A stretch of DNA of 64,000 bases from Candidatus Eiseniibacteriota bacterium (GTDB lineage Bacteria; Eisenbacteria; RBG-16-71-46; CAZAMP01). Below are positions 21,496 through 30,389 of this stretch, piece after piece. The notes beneath the pieces were generated by a model. The model searched no databases. It was not told where the DNA came from and saw only the letters and a list, made by a program, of their open reading frames with translations. Positions within the stretch are counted from its first letter, which is position 1. Every line of letters starts with the position of its first letter. The position numbers and the translations under genes were made by a program. The stretch lies in NCBI GenBank assembly GCA_965224245.1, contig OZ245046.1, positions 4,128,001-4,192,000 on the forward strand, written 5' to 3'.

Positions 21496-22722
21496 TCAGC
21501 GGATGACCGCACCCTCGGAGCTGAAGAGCTTCATCGGCTTCGACAGAATCAGCGGACCCTCATCGTACGTCCCGGCCTCGAGATAGAGGTGATTCGTGGT
21601 CGCCGGTGAGGCGGCCGCCTGAGCATCGGCGACGGTCTCGATGGGATCCCCGCAACGGCCGCTGGCGCTCGGGAGGCCCGAGGGACGGACGAACAGCATC
21701 TGCCCCTCGCGGCAGGACTCGACGGTGAGCGGTGGATCCGGGCAGACGCCACCCGCGACGATCGACTGCCAGTCGGAGTACGCGATGCACGTGACGTCCC
21801 GGGCGGGAGGGCGCCGTGCGAGCCACGTCACGTCCTCGATGTTGGCCCACTCGTCGTAGTCCCCGACCACGGACAGATTGAATTCCGTATTGCACCAGCC
21901 GAATCGGGAGACGTTGATGTCCTCGGCCACCACGCCGCCGACCGCTCCGCTGCAATCCCAGTCCACGGGGATCATGAGATTGCCGCGGTTCTCGTCGAGG
22001 GCGTTCTCGTCCAGGAAGCACTGGTAGCCGCGCGAGTAGTCGAGGTGCTTGAAGAGCTCTGCTTGCTCCGGAGCTAGCCCGAAGCACTCGAGCTGCTGGC
22101 GGACCCCGTTCAGCTGAAAGAAGTAGCTCATCACGCTCGGCATCGTGGGAACGACCGGTCCCACCCAGCTCGTCCCGGACGAGTCGGACGTACAGTCCAT
22201 GCTGCCACAGTGCTCGAGGCCGAGGTTATGGCCGAACTCGTGGGCGATGGTGCTCGCCTGCCGGAACGGGGATCCGACCCCGCCGAGATGATTCCCGAGG
22301 GTGACGATGAAGTTGGCCCCCGGCAGCTCGGCACGGCCGCTGCTGTTGGTCACCACGCCTCCTGTCCGGTACCGGTGTCCGATCACGCCGTAGTGCCACC
22401 CGGCCAGTCCGTCCCGGTCGAAGTAGGTGGCGCGGAGCGCGCCGAACGCGCTGTCCTCGTCGGCGTACGCCCAGAAAGAGTCCGTGCCCGTGGTGTCGTC
22501 CACGATCACCGCATAGTGGGGGATCGCATCGTCGACGTCGATGACGAGGGTGTGTCCCTCGCACGCGAACATCTGGATGAGGGCATCGGCGACCAGTGGG
22601 GCGGGCTCGTGCGAGTGCGAGGCGTCCACCATGTAGTCGAGCTCGATGCGGAAGAGGTCCGTCCATCCGGTCTCCGCGGCCAGCACCGACAGGGCCAGGA
22701 TCGTGATCGCGCGCGCCCTCAT
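21496..22722 (-). CDS. secreted metzincin-like metalloprotease
   Basis: ATGA overlap with the fibre gene stop; signal peptide MRARAITILAL; HEFGHNLGLEH; SVMSY Met-turn. Confidence 0.82.
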   Translation of the reverse strand: MRARAITILALSVLAAETGWTDLFRIELDYMVDASHSHEPAPLVADALIQMFACEGHTLVIDVDDAIPHYAVIVDDTTGTDSFWAYADEDSAFGALRATYFDRDGLAGWHYGVIGHRYRTGGVVTNSSGRAELPGANFIVTLGNHLGGVGSPFRQASTIAHEFGHNLGLEHCGSMDCTSDSSGTSWVGPVVPTMPSVMSYFFQLNGVRQQLECFGLAPEQAELFKHLDYSRGYQCFLDENALDENRGNLMIPVDWDCSGAVGGVVAEDINVSRFGWCNTEFNLSVVGDYDEWANIEDVTWLARRPPARDVTCIAYSDWQSIVAGGVCPDPPLTVESCREGQMLFVRPSGLPSASGRCGDPIETVADAQAAASPATTNHLYLEAGTYDEGPLILSKPMKLFSSEGAVIR

Positions 22723-24338
22723 TGCAACGACACCAGCACGAGGACGAGTCCAACGCCATCGGGGAGTGGCGTCATCGCCTTCCCGAGGATGGCACCGTTG
22801 GCGCGGGAGTGATCGGTGACCTTCATCGCGCAGCCGGGCGTCGCGGACGTGGTGAGTAGATCGCCGGGCTCGATGGAGCCGAACGCGGCATCCGCGCGGG
22901 CGTACACCCGCCCCGTCAGGGCAATCGGGTGCTCGCCGTCGGCGACGGTCCCCGGCTGGCCCATGAGCATTCCCGGTCGCACGTCGCCTGCGCCGCTGAT
23001 CACGCCGGCGACCCGGCGGTCGTAGGGGCCATCGCTCACCACGAGCGCGCCGGGACGCTCGGGGTCGATGCACACGACCGACCCGGGCAGGGGCTCGACC
23101 GCCGTGTCGTCGGCCGGCCTCACGTCGAAGCGCTCGGAGAGATCGGAGCCGCCGGTGATCTCCACCACGTTCGTGATCACGCGGCCCTGGCCCGTGCCAT
23201 CGTGATCCCCCACGATCTGTACGGTACGGGAGCTCGCCGCGTTGAAGGCCTCGATCACTCCGCCACCGTACGTCGCACCCTGGGCAAAGGCACGGACGCC
23301 CGGTGCCCCCGTATCTTGAAGCATGTCCAGCCGGGATCCCCCGCCGGAGGCCGTCCGGTCGCTCTTGAGCTCCAGCGTCGACGTGCCGTTCTGGTCGAAC
23401 ATCTGGAAGAGGCCGTATACGGACCCGGTCTGTCCATCGAGGCGAATGCGGTTGACGTCGTTGTCGTCCAGGAAGTTGAGCGAGTTATAGAAGATCGAGT
23501 TGCCGGTGCCACGGTTGATCGTGAGGTGCGGACCCACCTGAAGCCCGCTCTCCACCCCGAACACGTGGAGCTGGTTAGCGGTCCCGTCGTACTCGAGGTC
23601 GATGCCGAACGTGGCGCCGGGGTTCTCGACGAGGCGAACCCGGGCGTTTGAGGGGTTGGTGCTGATCGGTCCCACGGTGAGGGCGGGTGCGCCTCCATCC
23701 TCTCGGACGTCGACCTTCGACGTGGGCGACGTCGTGCCGATGCCCACGTTTCCGGACAGCTCGAGGTACGCGTCGTCGCCGGACGTGCCCCACACGGGGT
23801 CGGCGGTGCCCGTGGCGCCGATCGCGAGGTCGCCGCCCACCTCCGTGATGGAGATGCCGTCGCCGGCCACGAGGTCGACGTGCTCTCGCAGACCGTTGAG
23901 GCTCCGTAGCACCGTTCCGGGGCCGATCTTCGACGACGTGACGCTGCTGTCCGCGACGGTCAGCGCGTGCATGGCGAATGGAGATCCGGCCACCTGGATG
24001 CGGGCGGGCATCTCGCCGGCCCCGTCGATCTCGAGTCCCAGATAGCGCGTCTCGGTGAACAGGTTCGGCGGAAACTCCCAGGACGTGATGCCGAGCCGTG
24101 TCGTGATGATGGAGTCGGTGATGAGGAGGTTCTGGCCTTGCCACCAGAGCACGTTACCACCGGAGGGTGCGTCCCAGATCCGGAAGACGACGTCGTAGAT
24201 GTCCTCCGGGAGTGGAAGACCCATCGAGTCGGTCACCGCGGCCTGGAAGCTCACGACGCGTTCGGGTTCGGCCACGGTCGTCACCGGAGTCGCCAGCGTG
24301 GCGAGGCAGATCAGGAGTACACCGAGCGCTCGGTTCAT
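22719..24338 (-). CDS. secreted fibre/tail-spike-like protein with C-terminal intramolecular chaperone (Peptidase_G2-like) domain
   Basis: Signal peptide; GNVGIGTTSP.SK.DV fibre motif; C-terminal GSDLSERF...VAGVIS...IALTGRV...IEPGDLLTTSATPG.AM...GAILGKA. Confidence 0.75.
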   Translation of the reverse strand: MNRALGVLLICLATLATPVTTVAEPERVVSFQAAVTDSMGLPLPEDIYDVVFRIWDAPSGGNVLWWQGQNLLITDSIITTRLGITSWEFPPNLFTETRYLGLEIDGAGEMPARIQVAGSPFAMHALTVADSSVTSSKIGPGTVLRSLNGLREHVDLVAGDGISITEVGGDLAIGATGTADPVWGTSGDDAYLELSGNVGIGTTSPTSKVDVREDGGAPALTVGPISTNPSNARVRLVENPGATFGIDLEYDGTANQLHVFGVESGLQVGPHLTINRGTGNSIFYNSLNFLDDNDVNRIRLDGQTGSVYGLFQMFDQNGTSTLELKSDRTASGGGSRLDMLQDTGAPGVRAFAQGATYGGGVIEAFNAASSRTVQIVGDHDGTGQGRVITNVVEITGGSDLSERFDVRPADDTAVEPLPGSVVCIDPERPGALVVSDGPYDRRVAGVISGAGDVRPGMLMGQPGTVADGEHPIALTGRVYARADAAFGSIEPGDLLTTSATPGCAMKVTDHSRANGAILGKAMTPLPDGVGLVLVLVSLQ

Positions 24339-24368
24339 GAACGCCTCCATCTGGTTGCCGTGGCGCCG

Positions 24369-24923
24369 CTACCTCACGACTATCAGCCGATGCGACGCGT
24401 GGAAGCCCTCCGCTTCGATCCGAAAGAAGTAGACCCCCGCGGCGAACGCAGAGGTGTCGACGTCGAGGACGTGTCGGCCGGGGGGGCGCTCGCCATCGGT
24501 CACCGTGGCTACGCGGCGTCCGGTGACCCCGTAGATCGCGACGCGGACCCGCGATTCCCGCGGCAGCTCGAAGGCGACGGTGGTCCGGGTATGGGCCGGA
24601 TTTGGGATGCTGGGAAGCAGGCGATACCGCACGGGAAGCGGCGCGGGTGCTCCGGGCGAATCGAGAAGGATCGAGCCGTCGTGGAGGTACCAGAACCCGG
24701 CACGGACCCGGTCGACGGAGCCGTCGGGGATGACCCCCGCGATCGGCTGCCCGAGAGTCGTCCGCACCGTGAGTGCGTCGTCCACCAGGAGCCCGGCACC
24801 GGAACCGATCACCGCGCGAAAGGTGCCGCCGGCGATCGTCTGCGGCGCCGCGAGGCACATCCACGCTGTCGCGAGCAAGACGCAGCATCGAGCATGCAAT
24901 CCATGATCGATCCGACTGCTCAT
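24369..24923 (-). CDS. small secreted protein with T9SS-like CTD
   Basis: Signal peptide; short TLGQPIAG...AGFW segment; CTD PNPA...IYGVTGRRVAT...FAAGVYF. Confidence 0.8.
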   Translation of the reverse strand: MSSRIDHGLHARCCVLLATAWMCLAAPQTIAGGTFRAVIGSGAGLLVDDALTVRTTLGQPIAGVIPDGSVDRVRAGFWYLHDGSILLDSPGAPAPLPVRYRLLPSIPNPAHTRTTVAFELPRESRVRVAIYGVTGRRVATVTDGERPPGRHVLDVDTSAFAAGVYFFRIEAEGFHASHRLIVVR

Positions 24924-25313
24924 GTGCGCCCTTCAGCTCGAGGGGTGCTCGCGGTACCGTCGGGACGCATCCGTGTCCAGCCTGCGCGCCCGTTACACCG
25001 CCATTTTAGCGAGGATCGCCGGATCGCGCCAACCCGTGGTGCGTGAGAACACAAACGAACCACGACAGGGAGACTTACGGACATGATGAGGTACTGTCGG
25101 TCTCATCCGAAGGCCAGCGCCCACGCCGGTGACGCGTTCGGGCCGACTCCCGAACCGGAACAGGAGTGCTGCACGCATCGGCATGGCCCGGGTAGAATCG
25201 GTGTCTGAGCACGAGCAGGGCGGATGGGGCGCTCATCAGCGTCCATTTGATGATTCGGCCCGGAATGCACGCAAGCCCGGTCGACGATCGTCCTGCGCCG
25301 GAGGGAGGTCGCG

Positions 25314-28300
25314 ATGTCGTCTCGTGCAGTCGGGCTGCTCTGCGCCGTCTCGGTCATCGCGTCGGCCCCGTCCCACGCGGGGCTTCCGACATCGTACGCG
25401 GAGGACTTCACCACCACGGCCTTCAGAGACCCCGTCACCACCACGGCCGAATGGGACACCACGAGCGGCGAGGTCCGGCTCACCCCCTTCACGTTCTCGC
25501 TCATCGGTGAGCTCGACACCGCGGGCGCCGCCCGCGACGTCGTGCTCGCAGGCGACGTCGCGTACGTTGCCGACAGAGCGGGTGGCCTCGGGGTGATCGA
25601 CGTCACCGATCCGGCGAACCCGTCACTCACCAGCACGTTTGCCACGCCGGACGTGGCGACGGGTGTGGTGGCCGACGGTGATGCGGTCCTCGTCGCGGAC
25701 GGGGCGAGCGGTCTCGTGATCGTCGATGTCTCCGACCCATCGATACCCGTGCTCGAGGGAAGCCTCGACACGTCGGGATTCGCGACCGCGTTGGCTCTCG
25801 CCGGCCGCGTCGCCTTCGTCGCCGACGGTGCCGGAGGGCTCCACGCGGTGGACGTGGACGATCGGTCGAATCCGATGCTGCTCGACACGGTCGACACGGC
25901 GGGCGACGCCCGCGGCGTCGCGCTCCACGGAGACCTCGCGCTCGTCGCCGACGGAACGAGCGGACTCCAGATCATCGACATCACGGACCCGGCGAACCTC
26001 GTTCTCATCGGGTCCGTCAATCCCCCCGGCGAGGCGTACGACGTCGCGGTGAACGGGGACGTGGCGTTCGTCGCGAACGGAACAGGCGGGCTCCACGTGA
26101 TCGACATCACCGATCCGACGAGCCCTTCACTCGCTGGCACGGCCAGCACACCCGGGGTGGCCACCGGGATCTTCGCGCGCGGCGACGTCGCGTACGTCGC
26201 CGATGGTGCCAGCGGGGTCTACCTCTTCGACGTCCGAGATCCGTCGAGTCCCTACTCGATCGGGGGCTTCGATACCAGTGACGCCGGCAGCGTCATCGTG
26301 GGCGGGGACCTGGCCTACGTCGCGGACGGTACGCGCGGACTCGTCGTCGTCGACGTCTGGTCGGCGCCGGATCCCGAGCTCGTCACGACGATCGGCACGA
26401 CCGACGCAGCGGGCGTCGCGATCTCCGGCGACGTCGCATACGTCGCGGATCAAGCCGCCGGTCTTCTCGTGTACGATATCTCCGAACCGGCGGCCCCGGC
26501 GCTGCTCTCGACGTACGGTACGCTCTGGGGCGGCGCGACCAGCGTCGAGATCGCCGGAGACGTCGCCTACGTCGGGGCCACCGGCGGAGTCGAAATCGTC
26601 GACATTTCGGACCCGGCCAACCCGGGGTTTCTCTCCCTATACGACACGACGGGAATCGTGAACCGCATGCACGTCGCGGGCAATCTCCTCTACGTGGCGG
26701 ACCGGTCCACCCTGCTGATTCTGGACGTCGCCGATCCCTCCGACCCCCATCACGTCGGACAGGATGTCAGAGGCGAGCGCAAGAGCATCGACGTCGCGGG
26801 CGAGCACGCGTACGTGCCGACCCTCGCCGAGCAACGCGGCATTGACGTGTATGACGTGACCAGCCCCAGCAGCCCCAACCTCGTGGGTTTCTACGGGACG
26901 TCGGACCCTGTCGACGTCTACGTGGCCGGCGACATTCTCTACGTGGCCGAGCTCTCGGACGGCCTCCTGGCGCTCGACATCTCCGTGCCCCCCAACATCA
27001 GCTTCGTGGGCAGTACGCTGTCGTCGGTCGGGATCGAGGACGTCGTCGTCAGCGGTGACTACGCGTACACGGTCGGGGCCGGAGGGCTCATCATCGTCGA
27101 CGTGTCGGATCCGGCCAATCCCGCGCCCGTCGCCGGCTACGCGTCGGCCAAGACCGCCCTCGCGGAGGCCGGCGAGCTTGCGTTGCTCGTGCGCGAGAGC
27201 GGGGGCGTGGATGTCGCTCGGTTCTTCCAGAACGTCGTCGACACGACGTCGGGCGTCGCGCAGTCGATCGAGATCGACGCCGCCGACCACGATGTCGTTC
27301 GCGCCTGGATGAGCGCCACGGCCAGCATCGACGTGGACCTGGAGCTGAGTGCCGATGGAGGCACGAGCTGGCAGACGTTCGCGCCCGGCTCGTGGGACGT
27401 GTTCGACATGCCGGGGAGCGATCTCGTCTGGCGTTCCACGCACACGTGGACGCCGGCCGGAAACGTCAACCCGACTCTCTTCGATCTCGCGATCGAGTGG
27501 CGGTACGCCTTCGCGACCATCCAGTCGGTATCGGATGTTCCGAACGATCAGGGCGGACGCGTGGTGCTCTCGGTCGGCCGATCGGGCTACGACTTTCTCG
27601 AGGAGGCGACCAGCTCCATCACCGAGTACCACGTCTGGATCCGGGTATCAGACACCGAGAGCTCGATCCCGGCGAGCGACCAGCTCGAACACACGACCGT
27701 CGTGCCCGGCATGCCCACCGTGAGCGCCGACGGGATCGACTACGTGCGCGGAGCAAGCGGCACCGGCATGCCACCGGGCGTGTGGGCTCACCTGGACCGG
27801 TTTCCTGCGCTTCAGATCGACGAGTACGGTGTTCTGGCCGAGACGCTCGCGGACTCGTCCGCGGGGGGATCGGAGAACTGGGCCGTGTACACCGTCACCG
27901 CACACACCGCCGATCCGCTCGTGTGGTTTGCGAGCCCACCCGACAGCGGCCGTTCGGTGGACAACCTGGCTCCCGGTCCGCCAGCCGGACTCGTGTTCAC
28001 CGCCCCGGGTCTCCTGAAATGGGACGATCCGGCGGAGCCGGACTTCGACTTCTTCACGGTGTACGGCTCGGCGAACGGGGAGCACCATTCCACGGCGACG
28101 CGGATCGGGTACACGATCGAGACGGAGATGGACGTCTCCGGCGCACCCTTCTCGTACTACCACGTCACGACCACCGACTTCGCCGGGAACGAGGGCCCGG
28201 ACGCGATCGTCGAGGCCCCCCTGACGGTGGAGGACCCGGGGCTCGTGCCCCCGGAGCTCATGGTGCATCCCGCCCGCCCCAATCCGTTTCGGTCCACGGC

Positions 28301-28529
28301 TCGGATCGTCTTCGACGTCCCGTCGGCCCGGCACGTCCAGCTGAGCGTGTACGACGTCAACGGTCGACTGGTCCGGCTCCTCGTGGACGGTGAGGTGATG
28401 GGTGGACGATACGTCGTGGAGTGGTCCGGTGTTGATGAGCACGACCACCGAGCTCCGGCCGGTGTCTACTTCGTTCGTCTGCAATCGTCGGGGACCCGCG
28501 AGTCGGTGTCGGTCGTCCTGCTCGACTGA
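25314..28529 (+). CDS. LVIVD-repeat secreted protein with FlgD-Ig CTD
   Basis: Many AYVADG..GL.(I/V)IDVSDP..P repeats; DVPNDQGG module; C-terminal PNPF...VYDVNGRLVR. Confidence 0.9.
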   Translation: MSSRAVGLLCAVSVIASAPSHAGLPTSYAEDFTTTAFRDPVTTTAEWDTTSGEVRLTPFTFSLIGELDTAGAARDVVLAGDVAYVADRAGGLGVIDVTDPANPSLTSTFATPDVATGVVADGDAVLVADGASGLVIVDVSDPSIPVLEGSLDTSGFATALALAGRVAFVADGAGGLHAVDVDDRSNPMLLDTVDTAGDARGVALHGDLALVADGTSGLQIIDITDPANLVLIGSVNPPGEAYDVAVNGDVAFVANGTGGLHVIDITDPTSPSLAGTASTPGVATGIFARGDVAYVADGASGVYLFDVRDPSSPYSIGGFDTSDAGSVIVGGDLAYVADGTRGLVVVDVWSAPDPELVTTIGTTDAAGVAISGDVAYVADQAAGLLVYDISEPAAPALLSTYGTLWGGATSVEIAGDVAYVGATGGVEIVDISDPANPGFLSLYDTTGIVNRMHVAGNLLYVADRSTLLILDVADPSDPHHVGQDVRGERKSIDVAGEHAYVPTLAEQRGIDVYDVTSPSSPNLVGFYGTSDPVDVYVAGDILYVAELSDGLLALDISVPPNISFVGSTLSSVGIEDVVVSGDYAYTVGAGGLIIVDVSDPANPAPVAGYASAKTALAEAGELALLVRESGGVDVARFFQNVVDTTSGVAQSIEIDAADHDVVRAWMSATASIDVDLELSADGGTSWQTFAPGSWDVFDMPGSDLVWRSTHTWTPAGNVNPTLFDLAIEWRYAFATIQSVSDVPNDQGGRVVLSVGRSGYDFLEEATSSITEYHVWIRVSDTESSIPASDQLEHTTVVPGMPTVSADGIDYVRGASGTGMPPGVWAHLDRFPALQIDEYGVLAETLADSSAGGSENWAVYTVTAHTADPLVWFASPPDSGRSVDNLAPGPPAGLVFTAPGLLKWDDPAEPDFDFFTVYGSANGEHHSTATRIGYTIETEMDVSGAPFSYYHVTTTDFAGNEGPDAIVEAPLTVEDPGLVPPELMVHPARPNPFRSTARIVFDVPSARHVQLSVYDVNGRLVRLLVDGEVMGGRYVVEWSGVDEHDHRAPAGVYFVRLQSSGTRESVSVVLLD

Positions 28530-28753
28530 TATGGAATGACCTCATCGAGAGGAGAGTCTCTCCGGTTGGAAGGGCCCGCGTCGACCGGCCTCCTGGTGAT
28601 CCGTGGACGGGACAGCCGAAGGCGGCCCGGGTCGACTCGACATGGCATCCGCCCCCGGTGCGGGCGGGACTCGACTGCAACGCGAACGGGACGACCTCCA
28701 CCGTTTCGACGTCGTGGTACCATGCTTCCCAGCATCCACGAATGGAGGCGATC

Positions 28754-29389
28754 GTGATCCCGCCACTCCCGACCCGTTACATGCGGGCCATCGGAAGCGT
28801 CGCTCTACTATCCCTCGCTCACGCCACCTCGATCTCGGGCGCGGGGCCGATCGCTGTCGGCGACGAGGCACCGGACTTCACGCTGCGAGCCACCGACGGC
28901 TCGGTGCACAGCCTCTCGGACTACCGGGGCCGGCTCGTGTACTTCTTCTTCTTTGCATCCTGGTGAGTGGGTTGCGGTCCGAAGTTCTCGGACGTCGAGA
29001 CTCGCTTCCACGAGCGCTTCAGCCCGGATGACCTCGTGATTCTCGGCGTCGATTTCCTGGAGTCGGCCGAGGTCGCCCGGGCGTTTGCGGACGAGTGGGG
29101 CGCCACGTTTCCGATCCTGCTCGACTCCCACGCGTCGGCGTACGCCGACTACTACTACTGGTGCCCGAATCGCTTTCCCAGGGACTTCGTCATCGACCCC
29201 GAGGGCAGGATCGTCTACATGGCGTGCGAGTACTGCGTACCCGGAGAGGACGGATCCTGTCCAGCGGATGTGCCGGGGGCCACGGCCATCGCGGAGATCA
29301 TCGGGGAGTACGGGATCACGCCGGTGTCGGAAGCCACCTGGGGGTCGATCAAGGCGATGTACCGGGATCCAGCAGCGAGCGGTCGCTGA
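28754..29389 (+). CDS. exported redoxin (AhpC-TSA/TlpA-like), predicted selenoprotein (UGA at 28964-28966), with C-terminal SW tag
   Basis: Track ORFs 28658-28966 and 28967-29389 share a frame and join as VGDEAPDFTL...LSDYRGRLVYFFFFASW-UGA-VGC...FPILLD...FPRDFVIDPEGRI. GGAGG RBS before GTG 28754. Confidence 0.85.
28967..29005 (+). promoter_or_regulatory. putative bacterial SECIS element
   Basis: GTCCGA (28977-82) / AGTTC loop / TCGGAC (28988-93). The loop begins 16 nt after the UGA and has G at position 2. Confidence 0.65.
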
Positions 29390-29597
29390 GAGTGCCGGGG
29401 ACGACGTCTCCCGACACGTACCGCCGCCGAAGTGGAGTCCGGCGGCTGGGCCGCCCGCGACGATGCGGGTGATCCGACATGCGCCGCTCTCGCTCAGCGT
29501 CCCGCCCCGCGCCGAGGGCGTGCTAGCATGCGCGGATCTCGGCACGGGACAGGCCGATCGGGGTCGTCACCTGCATTCCGCCAGGGAGCTGACGAGC

Positions 29598-30140
29598 ATG
29601 GAGAACGACGGGGTGGATCCCTTCCTTTCGCGACACGGCGCACTGGGGGCGCTGGTCGACGAGTATGATCGTGCCACCGAGCTACTCGTTGCCGACATCG
29701 AGGATCTCTCCCCCGAGGCGTTCTCGGAGACGCTGGACGCGGAGTCCCCCGATCCCGACTGCCGGTCCGTGCAGACGATTCTCACCCACTGCGTGCGCGC
29801 CGGCTTCGGCTATCTCGACGTCGCTCGGGCAATCCTGGACGGACTCGAGTCACGCGACGATGCCCCACGGACCGATCCACCGACTCCGCCGCCACCCGGG
29901 CCTCCGGGAGCTGCTGCCGCAGCGATCGAGCAGCTGCGGTCGGTCGTCCGGGAGACCGATCGAGCTCTGGCACCGTACCGCTCGTCGCCCGATGCGATAC
30001 TCGATGCGACGACGAGGACGGCGAGCGGCCGGGAGGTGGATCTCGAAGGTCTGCTCGAGCACGCCATCGTGCACCTCCTCCGTCACCGTCGTCAGATTCG
30101 GCGGCTCCGCGCGCGACGGCACGAAAGGCCGTCGCGATAG
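29598..30140 (+). CDS. DinB family protein
   Basis: DPDCRSVQTILTH and LEGLLEHAIVHLLRHRRQI His motifs. Confidence 0.85.
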   Translation: MENDGVDPFLSRHGALGALVDEYDRATELLVADIEDLSPEAFSETLDAESPDPDCRSVQTILTHCVRAGFGYLDVARAILDGLESRDDAPRTDPPTPPPPGPPGAAAAAIEQLRSVVRETDRALAPYRSSPDAILDATTRTASGREVDLEGLLEHAIVHLLRHRRQIRRLRARRHERPSR

Positions 30141-30389
30141 GCCGACGGCATCCCGTGGACACCCCGCGCGCCGCCACCTTTTTTCTCTCCCGAGGTTACG
30201 GATCCCGAGTCGTTTGCGCCTCTCCGGGTGTCGGCGAATCCGGAGACGGATCGACGTCGACCCCGGCTGACGGCATAAGCCACTGTGGTCGAATTACTTG
30301 CACAGCTCGACTCGGCGAAGGTCCGCTTGCAACGCCAATCAAAATGGGGGATGCCGCGTGGCGGGAAAGTCCCTCGGGAGGGTTTGAGA

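Noticed and set aside
22719-24338. Prophage, suggested by the tail-fibre-like gene
   Set aside because: The gene has a signal peptide, and there are no capsid, terminase, integrase or other phage genes nearby.
25500-27200. Repetitive DNA considered as a CRISPR array or tandem repeat
   Set aside because: The repeats are degenerate, in-frame LVIVD protein repeats; there is no repeat-spacer structure and no cas gene.
28964-28966. Genome-wide UGA reassignment as the explanation for the in-frame TGA
   Set aside because: Many clear genes here, including carB and several ATGA overlaps, terminate at TGA, so any readthrough must be site-specific.
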